From Tubiluchus corallicola (taxonomy: Eukaryota > Animalia > Priapulida), in contig JAQGDQ010001298.1 in assembly GCA_030141605.1 (NCBI GenBank), forward strand, positions 1 to 48,854: a stretch of DNA of 48,854 nt, given 5' to 3'. The position numbers were made by a program, and so were the translations under genes. The notes below the pieces were generated by a model. That model ran no database searches and was not told where the DNA came from. It saw nothing but the letters and a program-made list of their open reading frames with translations. Shown here in pieces: positions 1 to 15,050 of this stretch. How positions within the stretch are numbered: position 1 is the first letter of the stretch; every line of letters starts with the position of its first letter.

Positions 1-584
1 TAACGCCTCAATGTAGAACGAAATGCATGTAGCTCACAGACTGTAATGAAAGACTGTGTCAGTCGTCTTGGTCATCCCAAAAATCCAAAAGTCATCTTTC
101 GCTGATCCAACAAGTGTATAAGTATTGTCAAGCCATAATAGCCAGCAGTCAGTCATAATGAGGCCATTAAGCAAATTGGATTTTCAAACAACTTCTAAAG
201 CGGTTACCGCGTAATGTTATTAACAATGATGACGTAATTCGACAGACCAGTATATACCGGTTTATTGTGGTCTGGGATAATAAGTTGATATACTTATACA
301 TCTGAAATGTACGACAACATCGTGTAATGTGCGCATTAACTATAAGACTTCTGAGTAAATACTAAATACGCCTTTTCCAGTACAAATGTGAACAGTAAAT
401 ATCATTGTCATCCTTATTAATCTGTAGGCACGCAGTAGGCCTAGCAGTCATATAAAATACATTACGTATAACGCAAATATATGTGCAGTTAATGGAAAAT
501 TGCACAATTAAGAAAACAAGTTCGACTCGAACTATTGGTCGAGGGACTCACTGAACTCAAAGTCGTGGATTTGAAATGATGTCA

Positions 585-1160
585 ATACCGCCATTTTGAA
601 TTTAAGCGGGCGACTTTTTGGTCGATACAGAATTCGTTATATGTAGAACATTCCTATGGAACATTGGGTTTCATGACGATCTGTTACGAATAGGTACAGC
701 GGCAGCCTTAGGCCTTTCTGGAAAATGAAATTATTATGCCATCACAATTCAAGCGTCCACCTCCGTCAATCGATCCGAGATTTGTTTTAGTAATTTTCTC
801 AAAAGTTTCTTAACAATCCATTACGAATTAGCGTAGTCTTTGGCTTTTTATCTCTAATTTTATCTTTAACACAATGGTGCTATCTCTGCCATGTTGAATT
901 CAACATAGTGGATCGCAAATCCGACTCCGTCAGTCGATGCAGACCTCATCCTAGTATATTCCTGTACAGTTTCGTGACAATCCATTGCGATTTGGCGGAA
1001 CCTTAGGCTTTTTCCGAAAATACTGTTATCGCCCGTCATCTTGAATTCAAAATAGGTGACTGAAAATCCGGCTCAGTCATTCGATGCGGAATTCGTTCTA
1101 GTATATCTGAAAAATGTTTCGTGACAATCCGTCACGAACCCTCGACTTTTTTTTCAAAAG
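585..1160. repeat. Degenerate ~149-bp tandem repeat, about 4 units, probably internal to a non-autonomous transposon
   Basis: A GCCAT(C/G/T)TTGAA-like motif recurs at ~590, 738, 888 and 1035. Each is followed by a similar gtcgatgc.gaattcgt...tcgtgacaatcc block. Confidence 0.55.
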
Positions 1161-1226
1161 ACCATTCACAACAACAACAACAACAACAACGAACAACAAC
1201 AACAACAACAAGATCAACAACAACAA

Positions 1227-1499
1227 CAACAATACAACAACAACACCTGGAAATTTATTTATGTCACGAGCAAACATAAATAAAATTGCTTGCTTGTGGC
1301 ATATACGTGTGTTTACTTTTTGAGTTGGAGAAGTAGTACTAGGTGGGGGGTAATGGACACGACCGGGTTTCCCGATTTGGGTAACGGTCCGAGAAAGTTT
1401 GGGAACCACTGCTCTAGATCAACTGAAACTTGCATGTCTGAGAGAAGTGAGCTGTAATCACATGACCAGAGATTCAAGTTCCTATTGGAAGGTACATCA
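1227..1499 (-). repeat. 273-bp inverted duplication of 3553-3825 (left end of a hAT MITE plus its flank)
   Basis: Direct reverse-complement match. ORFs 1098..1409(-) and 3643..3870(+) share an identical first ~62 aa. Confidence 0.9.
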
Positions 1500-2396
1500 C
1501 ATTATCCACACCACACCATCAATATCCTATAACCCAGATCACACTTCACCACACCCAGAACATCACCCAACACCCCCCACCACACCATCCACACCACACC
1601 CACCACATTTATATCAACCACATCGCATGGTGATTGTATTGTTGAGGACGATGATGATGATGACTACAACGATGACGACACCTACAGCACCAACACCAAC
1701 AGGACAGCATCACAGCGAAACCATTCAATATAATTTTCACAAAGTCGAAACTGCGTGCCATACTAAAGGCTCTTAGTCTGTCTACCAATGACCAATAATG
1801 CAGAGACATTCTACGTAGTCATTGCTTATTGCTAGTCGGATGATAATAGGCTTAATCTGATATAATCTATAATACTGTAGAACGACGGGTGATGACAATG
1901 CATGGAAGATTTTTCTCAAACTCAAAGACAGTGGATGTTCCAAATATCGTGCAACATATTGGGTTAAAAAAGAATCTCGACAATACACCCCCCTCGTTTC
2001 GTCTAGTGGACATCTCTTCTAGTGGAACCTTCAGCATTTTGGAGACCGTTTCGTCTTCTTTCTGCGAGTGTGTTTTTTTCGTAACTTGCCCAAAGAGTTG
2101 CACTAATTGAGTTTTTCTAGAGGCTGTTTGGGCAGTTTTCAGCAAAATTTGCAGGGTTGTGTCCGAAAAAATGCCCGTAGCGAGTATTCGTGTCTCTTCC
2201 GCTAAAATTAAATATGCCTGTTACACCCACCGTTGAACGGGCTATCTAACCCTTACTGACACCGCTCCCGGCAGATTCTCGTTCTCTAGAAATAAGAGGT
2301 ATAAGTTTTGCAATTTTTTGGAAAAAGCGGCCGAAAAATAACCATTTTTGGAGGTTTTTCGCCCCCCCCCTCTCGTTCATCAGGGCGGGCCCAATT

Positions 2397-2592
2397 CGAC
2401 AAATAAACCTCCAATGCAAATCTGTGGGTCCGGACCTCTCGTTTGTTATACAGGTCGCCGAAAATAGGCCATCGTATATGGGTGGATATATAACCAACAA
2501 GGCTACAGCTCCAACGATGGCCTATTTTCGGCGATCTATATATCAACCGAAAGGTCCGGACCCACAGATTTGCATTGGAGGTTTATTTGTCG
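2397..2592. repeat. Imperfect ~196-bp palindrome (foldback) next to a (TA)n tract
   Basis: cgacaaataaacctccaatgcaaatctgtgggtccggacct (2397-2437) pairs with 2552-2592. An inner arm cgccgaaaataggccatcgt (~2456-2475) pairs with ~2514-2533. Confidence 0.8.
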
Positions 2593-2772
2593 GTGATATA
2601 TATATATATACCACCTAAATTATTATATACGATATATATATTATATTTATATATATATATATATATACATATATAAATTTTAAAAATGACATTGATTTGT
2701 ACATAATAAATGTGTCGCTTATTGAACCGCGCACGCCGTTGTAGTATTATGTGACCCATTTAATTGTCAGTC

Positions 2773-3210
2773 TATAGGTTTTACATGTCAAATGTAGACC
2801 TACGTTAACTCAAATGTAAATTTAGGTAATTCAAAGGTGTCTTGGTAACTCAAATGTAGACTTAGGTAGTGCCAATGTGTTAACAATGGTTTTCAACAAA
2901 TCTTAAGCATTTTTGGTAAGTCAAATGTAGACACATGTCAAGTCAAATGTGACATTTGTATCTCAAATGTGGATAGGATGTTAAAGGATGTTAAATTTAA
3001 TCTTCTGTAATTTCAATTTAATAATTGCTCCTAAGTTAAAATAACAACGTTACAGGCCTACTAATAGATGCACTATCTGTAGTTTATCTTTTTCTAATTT
3101 GCACTTAAATAATTTAATTACCGATTTATTCAAATTACCGCATCTACATTTGACTTACCTAAGTCACATTTGAAGTTTCCTGCGTCTACATTTGACGTGT
3201 AAAACCTATA
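2773..3210. mobile_element. MITE family A (TIR TATAGGTTTTACAYGTCAAATGTAGAC, subterminal CAAATGT repeats), copy 1
   Basis: 27-bp terminal inverted repeats with TA/TATA ends. Related copies at 34133 and 40890. Superfamily uncertain. Confidence 0.8.
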
Positions 3211-3640
3211 CTACATTAAAGTACTGAATTAGTCTATGCTGCCATCTACAGTCGTTCGTTTACTCTAATTATACAAAGTTTGTCAAAGATTAATTGATTT
3301 TTGTTTCTAAATATTGTTTCCTTTTGCTTTTAGAGATCATTAATCAGAGTAATTAGATTGTTAATTTCATGCTTTAATTCTTGTTCTAACTCTCTTATTC
3401 AAGTTAAAATAGAGAAAAAATTATAACATATCTCTGTTAACAAATAATCTTTATTCTGCTATCAAATAAGCCAAGCAGACTTTGATTTTGGTTTAACTAG
3501 TAGTCTGTAGAGTATAGGTGACCTTTCCATTTATGGTCTGTATGCATGAATATGATGTACCTTCCAATAGGAACTTGAATCTCTGGTCATGTGATTACAG
3601 CTCACTTCTCTCAGACATGCAAGTTTCAGTTGATCTAGAG

Positions 3641-4374
3641 CAGTGGTTCCCAAACTTTCTCGGACCGTTACCCAAATCGGGAAACCCGGTCGTGTCCATT
3701 ACCCCCCACCTAGTACTACTTCTCCAACTCAAAAAGTAAACACACGTATATGCCACAAGCAAGCAATTTTATTTATGTTTGCTCGTGACATAAATAAATT
3801 TCCAGGTGTTGTTGTTGTATTGTTGCCAAAACAAGAATTACAATTACTGAACCTGCTCATTACTGAGTGAGCAGGTTCGTTCGAGTAATTATTACTCGAA
3901 CAAATGAAAACAAGAAGAAATGAATGCCAACAACAAAATCTCAGTTAGTGGGACGGATGAGCCTGTTTTTCTGGGAAACAACACAGCACCTTTCTGGGAA
4001 AAGAAACAAGAGAGAATCAAATTAGGCAAGTAATATTTTACTTTTCCTTAGTATCAAAAAGATAAAGAGATAGTAAAAGGGGCCTAGCTTTCTCTAAACT
4101 CTAAACGCTGTGCAGAAATGTCGATAGAGAAGAAACCAAAGAAACAATCGTGAACTTTGACTTCTCCCCAGGATCGCAAAGAGATCGTGGGAACGTGCGA
4201 ATGATGGACCCCAAGACACAGTGTTACCTGCCGGAGGCAGTCTCTTCAAGAAGAAAACTACATAAAATGCATTCCGAGCGAAGTTTTAAAAATTTTCAGA
4301 AGGGTGCCCGTTACCCCCCAAAAAAAACCATATTACCCCCGGGGGGTAATTTACCCCTACTTTGGGAACCACTG
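3641..4374. mobile_element. Non-autonomous hAT (Charlie-like) DNA transposon
   Basis: TIR CAGTGGTTCCCAAA...TTTGGGAACCACTG. Perfect 8-bp TSD ATCTAGAG (3633-3640 and 4375-4382) fits the NTCTAGAN preference of Charlie-type hATs. Confidence 0.9.
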
Positions 4375-4912
4375 ATCTAGAGACAGAAATGTTTAAGGAT
4401 GCAAATTTTCTACAGTGTCTTGTTGCTAACTTTTATGACTGTTTGTTCAATTTGTTACTGAAGTGAACATTGTATACGTTTTAGAATAAAATGATTGCAA
4501 ATTTCTACATCATGTTCGTAAAATCGTCAAACATTATTAGCTAAAGACAGTAAGTATATAAGCCTGCCTTAAGTTTTATGAATGTTACATAATGACAGTA
4601 TTCCAAAAACTACTAACTATAAATTCAAAATAAACGAACTATGTATACAACTAACATCACTTATGTAAACTAAATATTACATGTGTATGCAGCTACCTTA
4701 AATTTGTGTTTATATATATTCATGTTGTACCATTGGGTTTATATGGGTTTGATGTTCTGTCTCTGGTTTAAATTGCTGAGTTTGACTTATGTAATTGTGT
4801 TCTTGATAACGTGGTATAGGCTTTTTATGCAGCGCTGTTTATGCGTGTAATTGTATCTTTATAATGGGTGCCTGTATTGTCTGATTTGTGATTACCCTAT
4901 AAAATATCTTAA

Positions 4913-5357
4913 CCCTTTCGTACCCGTTGTATCCCGTGGGATACGAGAATATTTTCTGCCTTTAAAATTAATAAAATTTTAAAACTGACAGTTATTTGAT
5001 TTGTTAATAGTTATTTTGATTTAAGCCAATAACAATAGGCTAAAAATGGTGATAAAATGGCAAACTAGAAAATCTACATAGTTTAAAAAACTGTGCAAGG
5101 TACAGTACTTTAGAGACGACTTTGTACAGATCAGTATAGCATGCATACTAAATGTCTTAAATATTTTAAAAAATTATCAGCAGCAAAATGAAGCACATTT
5201 TATGCTTCCATTGAATCCCTATGTATCCCGTGGGCTATATTTAGCACGCGCGCACAGATAGCAAAAATAATTATGTGTAAACAAGATGGATATACTGAAC
5301 AAATGTACCAAGCCAAAAAATTTTTTCTTATTAAAAAATAATTTGGGACTGAAAGGG
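4913..5357. mobile_element. piggyBac-like MITE, copy 1
   Basis: TTAA|CCCTTTC...GAAAGGG|TTAA ends. A second, inverted copy lies at 34743-35120. Confidence 0.8.
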
Positions 5358-5882
5358 TTAAATATCTTAAATACTTATAGAAAGGAAAACAGGCTCCATC
5401 TCTAAAAGAATACCATTCATTTTGATATGCATTCATTAATTTATTAAGATTTTGCTATCCTCCGCCACTTTAACGTTTAGTAACTCGTAGTAGGCTTGCT
5501 ACCTAGGGTAACCAAACTCGCAGGGTTTGTGACATTTTACGTGCTGAAGGCTAGGGACACAAAACTCACAGTATACACTCTCTGGGCAATGTTATCTACG
5601 TATACTTTCGGCCCGGGTCAAAGGTCATGGAGTCAGTCAAAGGTCAAATCCATGGCCAAAGATCGGGTCTTCATTTATTTTTCTTTAGGATCCATCTGCT
5701 ACCATAGTTTTTGAGCTAGGGCCATAATATTTGGTACGTGGTTAGGCTGGGCCAAGTTTTTGGATATGGCAGAATATGGGTGATTTGGAGTCAAAAACCA
5801 CAAAATGGAGGTTGGAAACAGAAATGCATCAAATGTATTAGAATGGTAACGTGTGGCATATCAAATCAAAGCTCATCGATGT

Positions 5883-6308
5883 TGTACTCATCGCTCTTTT
5901 TATTTTTCTCATCGTCGTCGCTGTCGCCACCGTCACCGTCACAGTCATTGCAGTTGTCGTTGCCGATGACGTTGATGTGCTGGTTGTGGTGTTGTCATCG
6001 TCGTTGTTGCTGTTGCTGCTGTTATAGTTGTTGGTTGTAATGTAAAATAGCGTTCATGTTGCAAGCAAGCCAGATCTGTATCAAAACATAAAAGTTGATA
6101 GTGGAACGGTAGAGACAACTACAGTGTTAAGCAGGTACGTAGTTTTAAGCCTTGCAGTATTCTAGAAATGACAATGTTAATTAACACGTTTGATGATGTG
6201 TAATCATGAAAATTGTAGTCATTACCACATTAATTGTGGCAGTGGTAATGACAGAGATGACGATGATGACGATGACGACGACGATAATGATGATAATAAA
6301 AAAGGTGT
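5883..6308. repeat. Partial third copy of the downstream region of the LRR gene duplication unit
   Basis: Matches ~7630-8075 and ~12400-12905 (caagccagatctgtatcaaaacataaaagttgatagtggaacgg...gcaggtacgtag...gataataaaaaaggtg). Confidence 0.85.
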
Positions 6309-6691
6309 GGATGTTGTGGCGGCATGGTTGTGGTGTGGGTGGGGTAGTGTAGAGAGGTGTGATGTGGGTGTTGTGGTGTTGTGGAATGGCGTGTGGTATG
6401 TTGTTTGTGGAATAGTGAGTTGGGGTGGTGTGAGGTGAGTGGGGTAGCGGGTGGTTGTGGGTTGTTGTTGTGAGTTTACATGCAAAATTTTTTTGTTAGT
6501 TTTTCTAGTAACATTATAGTTTTAATTCATTAAATCCTGCTGCTGGCTTTGCATTATAAATGAGGATTATGTAGGATGTTAGCGTATTATTGATTATAAG
6601 TGTGTTTATATGCAAAATTTTTGGTTTGCCCTTTGCTATTATTAAATTATTAGTTCAAGATTAAATCTTTGACGATGCAAAATTAAATAAT

Positions 6692-7035
6692 TGTCTTGGC
6701 TAGAAGCCCAGTCAGGTGTGGCATATCAAGTGATGATCAGCGGATGTTCGACTGACTTAGCCAGGAGTATAGACTGATGCGGTAACCTCTATGCGCAGAA
6801 GCTCAGTGCGCATTAGGTAGTTTGACAAAGGCAATTCGAGGCTCTCACCTAGGCAGATTAGGAGTTGTCTTGAAGACGAAGGGCTGGTATCACCATCTTC
6901 TTGTGTTTGTACTTGGTGTTAAATAAACGGGCAATTTGCTAAACAAGATCTTGATAGTTTGCCATGCCTGTTGTGGCTGTTCCGCACGCAATCTTCACGA
7001 GCCACAACCACCAACACAATAAACAACAACAACCA
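6692..7035 (+). mobile_element. Solo-LTR-like dispersed repeat (also at ~11420-11763)
   Basis: TGT start, ...CAACCA end and an internal AATAAA. Shares gaagcccagt...ggtgtgg and atgcgcagaagct...gcgcat with an inverted relative at 17101-17466. No TSD found. Confidence 0.4.
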
Positions 7036-8274
7036 GCAAGCAGCTATAGCCACTATCATAAAGAGACTTTATTTTATCATGAACAGCTATTATTTTACTT
7101 CATGCATATAATTAAAGATTTTAGGACATCTAGTTTTTGTTACAATTGCACGTGTTTTTAAAGTTTACATCACTTAATTGTCTACATGTTAAGGCAGATA
7201 CAGATTCATTTTGCCAGGTAATTCGTCACATCTACAATAAAAGTTGAATTTTGTTTCACATGTATGATTCTTTAGTGCAGGGGAAACATCTCCCCTTACC
7301 ATTTAAGGAGTTTTGGTTCAAAACTGACTGAAGCAGAAGCCTTTTACTGCTTTTAATTCTTCTGCTGCAGGAGATACGTCGTTGGTTTAGGTACTGAAAT
7401 GAGCATACATAAATTACAACGCTCTACCAACATAACAATTTGAAATTGAAAGCAAGTAATTTATAATATTGTTAATGCACGAACTAAAAGAAACACAAGT
7501 CACTTAGCATGTTGGCTTGTTTTACTGTCATCTCAAAATATTATAAAGAAAATATCATCTTAGCTGAGCAATTAAGTTACAAGTGCAAACCTCCCTTTCG
7601 AACTCCTGACCAAATACTTCATTGTCATTGTCGTTGTTGTTGTCCTCATCGTTGTTTTTGTTCTTGTCATTGTCATCGCCATCGCCATTGTCAAAACCGT
7701 CATCATCATTGTCGTTGTTGCTGTCGATGATGTTGATGTGTTGGTTGTTGTCGTTATCGTCGTTGTTGCCGTTGCTGTTGTTGCTGTTATAGTTGTTGTT
7801 TGTAATGTAAAATAGTGTTCATGTTGCAAGCAAGCCAGATCTGTATCAAAACATAAAAGTTGATAGTGGAACGGTAGAGACAACTACAGTGTTAAGCAGG
7901 TACGTAGTTTTAAGCCTTGCAGTATTCTAGAAATGAAAATGTTAATTAACACGTTTGATGATGTGTAATCATGAAAATTGTAGTCATTACCACATTAATG
8001 GTGGCAGTGGTAGTGACAGAGATGACGATGATGACGATGACGACGACGATAACGATGATTATAAAAAAGGTGATGACAATGATGATGATGATAATAATAA
8101 CGATTATGATGGTGGCAGTGGTGGTGGTGATACTGGTGGTGGCAATGGTAATGGTGAGGACCATGATGATGGTAGTAGTAGTGATGGTGGTGGTGATGAT
8201 GATAACGATGAGGACGATGATGGTGGTGGTAGTGGTGGTGGTGATGATGATGGTGGCAATGGTAATAATGATGA

Positions 8275-9107
<833 letters not shown>

Positions 9108-9584
9108 CTAGAAGTTAAAAAACATATTAAAGTCAAAATTACATTAAACTGGTAGTCAGCTATGATAGACGTCACTTAATCAGAGAAATACAGTTTCAAG
9201 TTTATATCAACTCCTCAAGTAGACTGGCAAGAGTATACATTATCACTTTCAGCTAAAGCTTCACTTATGTACGTTTCTTGCACAATTTAATTTTAAATGT
9301 GTTTAGTGATGCCTCCTATAGCTTATAAAGAGTTACCAGGTTTAGGAAAATACTGCTTTATACAATATTTCTTTGGTGGAAGCCAAATTTTTTCCATCAA
9401 ATTTTCATCTTGGCTGTGTCATGACAGCAGCTGCATGAAATTCCGAATGTTAAATCATAAATACCAGCTTAAAATTATAATACTCCTTGAAAAATAATAA
9501 TGCCGTTTTGTATTAAATTATTTTTGAAAACTCACTGTTATGCTATCGTTATGTCGTTAAACTGAAAACCTGTCGTTAACTTAC

Positions 9585-10170
9585 CTAGCTTAATCGTCAC
9601 ATTTTTATGTAGAATGCTATTGTGAAGTTTAAGAGGCTTGAATCCTTCAATATTGTTATTAAGAAAGTACAATTGGAAGAAGTACGGATTTTCAGATAAA
9701 TCAAACTTCATGGTTCCAGTCAGGTCTTTATTTCTTTGGAAGAAAATGTATTTGACATTTGTACTTTTTAAGGCTTCTGGATGTATGTGAGAAAGCCTCG
9801 TTGAATCAATTTCCACCTCATTTAAACGACCATGTATAGAATCTTTTCCTAAACTTGTTAACCTGCCATTTTTTATGAGCAAGATGCTGTTTGGCGAATC
9901 CTTTCCCTGAAAAAAATTGTCAGGCAACTCAGTTCCTTGGTAGTGCAATATTGAAATTTTATATTTCCCATCATCTAGACTTCCCAAATTTTTATCTATG
10001 TTTGCAAGTTTAAGTTTTGTAGCTATTCGAGTGCAGTCTACTAAGCAAAAATCTTTATCTCTCGGATCTCTCCAAAATGTGCAGCCCTGAATTGTTTTGT
10101 TGCAATAATCATTTGACAGGGAAGCAGTTACAAGAGCCGAGAAATACGTGGTAAACATCCACACCATCAT
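9585..10170 (-). CDS. LRR-mucin gene copy A, exon 1: signal peptide, Cys-containing N-cap, divergent LRRs
   Basis: Hydrophobic N-terminus. LRR-like units ELPDNFFQG, LTSLGKDSI, LSHIHPEAL, QLYFLNNNI. Canonical phase-1 donor CTAG|GTAAGT at 9585/9584. Confidence 0.85.
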
Positions 10171-10832
10171 CCTGCTTCAGCAAAATTCCAAAATTTGTTT
10201 AAAATAATCTGTGACGTTTGTAAACAATAGTCCCTTTCTTCCATGAAGGATTTCTTCCTTTCTTCCAATACATTTGGCAGTTTTTAACAATATAAGGCTA
10301 TAAATTTTAGCGCAAGTTCACAATATCTATTCAAATGTTGTATATTGATTCCAAATCTAAACGCGTAAAGAATACGTTCTATAATAATTGTGATGACGTA
10401 TATTATTATTATTATTGTGACGTATATTTAGATCAGCGCACTGGAATTTGCATAAGAATGCAGATAAAATGGCACACCTAAAATGGAAATGGTAAAAGTG
10501 AAGAAGTTGTGAACTAAGTGAATAATATTTTTCAAAGGTGGGCAAAGGGTTGCAGCCTCCTCAGTTGTTGGATCAGGAAGATCTTTTGAAAATACTGGAG
10601 GCAGATTTAGCCATGGTATCTTGATGGTAGAGTGGTGTAGTTTGGTCAGGGTAGTGTGGTCTACAGTGGTCTGTTGTGGGTGGTGTGCCATGATGTTGAT
10701 GATGTGTTTGGGTCGTGTGTCGTGTGTCGTGAGTAGAGTGGTGGGTTGGTGTGGTGCGGTATGGGTTGTTAAAAGAGTTTATGCACAAAAATCTTCTGCG
10801 GGGTTTGGCTAATCTTATATATTAATTTTAGT

Positions 10833-10955
<123 letters not shown>

Positions 10956-13470
10956 TAACTTTGACGACAACACCATTCTCGACAATCTATACGACAAACT
11001 AAAGGTCTCCACCTACAGATTCGCACCTGGGGGCTTATTTTTTGAATTGAGCCCACCATGAGGAAGGGGTGTGAAGACCTCGAAAAAGGCTTTTTTGACC
11101 ATTTTTTGCATGTGGTGGGTGTGGTGTGGATGTTGTGGCAGGATGGTTGTGGTGTGGGTGGGGTGGTGTAGAGAGGTGTGATGTGGGTGGTGTGTTGTTG
11201 GTCCTATGCTATGATATGGGTGTTGTGGTGTTGTGGAATGGTGTGTAGAATGTTGTTTGTGGAATAGTGGTGTGGTGTGGGTGATATGAGCTGAGTGGGG
11301 TAGCGGGTGGTTGTGTGGGTTGTTATTGTGAGTTTTCTTGCAAAATTTTTTGTTTGTCCTTTGCTATTATTAAATTATTAGTTCAAGATTAAATCCTCAA
11401 CGATGCAAAATTAAATAATTGTCTTGGCTAGAAGCCCAGTCAGGTGTGGCATATCAAATAATAATCAGCTGATGTTCGACTGACTTGGCCAGGAGTATAG
11501 ACTGATGCGGTAACCTCTATGCGCAGAAGCTCAGTGCGCATTAGTTAGTTAGACAAAAGCAATTCGAGGCTCTCACCTAGGCAGATTAGGAGTTGTCTTG
11601 AAGACGAAGGGCTGGTATCATCATCTTCTTATGTTTGTACTTACTGTTAAATAAACGTACAGTTTGCTAAACAAGCTCTTGATAGTTTGCCATGCCCGTC
11701 GTGGCTGTTCCGCACGCAATCTTGACGAGCCACATCCACCAACAAAATAAACAACAACAACCAGCAAGCAGCTATAGCCACTGTCATAAACAGACTTTAT
11801 TTTATCATGAACAGCTATTATTTTCCTTCATGCATAAAATATAAAAAAATTTGGGACATCTAGTGTTTGTTACAATTACACGTGTTTTTAAAGTTTACAT
11901 CACTTAATTGTCTACTACTGTGAACAATAAAATAGTTCCAGGCAGAGTAAGAAGCCAGTTAGGGCAGATTCAGATTCAATTTGCCAGGTAATTTGTCACA
12001 TCTAAAATAAAAGTTGAATTTTGTTGCACATGTATGATTCGTTAGTGTAGGGGAAACATCTCCCCTTACCGTTTAAGCAGTTTTGGTTCAAAACTGACTG
12101 AAGCACAAGCCTTTTTACTGCTTTTAATTCTTTTACTGCAGGAGATAAGTCGTTGGTTTAGGTACTGAAATGAGTATACATAAATTACAACGCTCTACCA
12201 ACATAACAATTTGAAATTGAAAGCAAGTAATTTATAATATTGTTAATGCACGAACTAAAGGAAACACAAGTCACTTAGCATGTTGGCTTGTTTTACTGTC
12301 ATCTTAAATATTATAAAGAAAATATCATCTTAGCTGAGCATTTAAGTTACAAGTGCAATCCTGCCTTTCGAACTGCTGACCCGAGACTTCATTGTCATTG
12401 TACTCATCGCTCTTTTTGTTTTTCTCATCGTCGTCACTGTCGCCACCGTCACCGTCACCGCCATTGTAGTTGTCATTGCCGATGACGTTGATGTGCTGGT
12501 TGTTGTTGTCATCGTCGGTGTTGCTGTTGCTGCTGTTATAGTTGTTGTTTGTAATGTAAAATAGTGTTCATGTTGCAAGCAAACCAGATCTGTATCAAAA
12601 CATAAAAGTTGATAGTGGAACGGCAGAGACAACTACAGTGTTAAGCAGGTACGTAGTTTTAAGCTTTGCAGCATTCTAGAAATGACAATGTTAATTAATG
12701 ATGACAATGTATTGTAGTATTAAAATTACATGATACATGATATAAAACATGATAAATGATGATAAAAAATACGTTAACAGGTTTGATGATGTGCAATCCT
12801 GAAAAATGTTGTCAATACCACATTAATGGAGGCAGTGGTAGTGACAGTGATGACGATGATGATGATGATGACGATTACGACGATGACGATGATAATAAAA
12901 AAGGTGATGACAATGATGATGATGTTGATGATTATGATGGTGGCAGTGGTGGTGGTGATACTCATGGTGGTGATGGTAATGGTGAGGATGATGATGGTGG
13001 TGGTAGTGGTAGTGGTGGTGGTGATGGTGATGATGGCGATGATGATGGTGGTAGTATTGGTGGTGGTGATGATGATGGTGGTGATGGTAACGATGAGGAC
13101 AATGATGGTGGTGGTAGTGGTGGTGGTGATGATGATGGTGGTAATGGTAATGATGATGATGATGGTGATGGTAGTGTTGGTGATTGTGATAATGAAGATG
13201 ATGATTGTGACGGTGATGATGATGAAGATGATGTGGAGGAGGAAGAGGAGGAGGAGGAATAGGTGAGGACGACGACAATGATGATGATGACGATGACTAT
13301 GACGACGACGACGATGATAGGTATGTATGTGATTCTAGTCATTGTTGTTATTTCTTGTTTGTTTGTCGTTGATATTGTTTTCGTTGCTGATGTTGGAATT
13401 GTTGTTGCTGTCATGGTCGTTGTCTTTGTCTTTGTCATGGTCGTTGTCATTGCTGTTGTTGTTGTCGTCG

Positions 13471-14027
<557 letters not shown>

Positions 14028-14461
14028 CTAGAAGTTAAAAAAACATATTAAAGTCAAAATTACATTAAACTGGTTGTCAGCTATGATTGACGTCACTTAA
14101 TCAGAGAAATACAGTTTCAAGTTTATATCAACTCCTTAAGTAGACTGGCAAGAGTATACACTATCACTTTCAGCTAAAGCTTCACTTATGTATGTTTCTT
14201 GCACAATTTAATTTTAAATGTGCTTAGCGATGCCACTTATAGCTTATAAAGGTTACCAGGTTCAGGAAAATACTGCTTTATACGATATTTCTTTGGTGGG
14301 AGCCAATTTTTTCCATCTAATTTTCATCCTGGTTGTGTCATGACAGCAGCTGCATGAAATTCTGGATGTTAAATTTGAAACACCGGCTTTTAATTTATAA
14401 TATTCTTGGCAAAGTAATAATTTTAATTCTGTTTTGTGCTAGACTATTTTTGGAAACTTAC

Positions 14462-15050
14462 TTCCAATAAATATTGAGAGGCTTTTATGTAAAATTCCAA
14501 TGTGAAGTTTAAGGGGCTTGAGTCCTTGAATCTTGTTATCAAGAAAGTACAACTGAAAGAAGTCTGGATTTTCAGATAAATCAAACTCCATGGTTCCAGT
14601 CAGGTATTTATTTTTTTCGAAGAAAATCCATGTGACATTTGTACTTTTTAAGGCTTCTGGATGTATGTAGGAAAGCCTCGTTGATTCAATGCGCACCTCA
14701 TTTAAACGACCATGTATAGAATTTTGTTCTAAACGAGCTAAATTGCCATTTTTTATGAGCAATGTGCTGTTTGGCGTATCCTTTCCCTGAAAAAAATCGT
14801 CAGGCAACTCAGTTCCTTGGTAGCCCAATATTGAAACTTTGTATTTCCCATCATGTAGACTTCCCAAATTTTTATCTATGTTTGCAAGTTCATGTTTTGT
14901 AGCTATTCGAGTGCAGTCTACTAAGCAAAAATCTTCTTTATCATTCGGATCTCTCCAAAATGTGCAGCCCTGAACTGTTTTTCCACAGTAATCATTTGAT
15001 AGGGAAGCAGTTACAAGAGCCGAGAAATACGTGACAAACAGCAACATCAT
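14462..15050 (-). CDS. LRR-mucin gene copy B, exon 1
   Basis: About 80% amino-acid identity to copy A by eye. Phase-1 donor GGAA|GTAAGT at 14462/14461. Confidence 0.85.

Noticed and set aside
1-200. Minus-strand frame with ENPIC and TDCWLLWL, reminiscent of another LRRCT
   Set aside because: The two motifs are in different frames, the first Cys of CxC is absent, and there is no similarity to the three real paralog exons.
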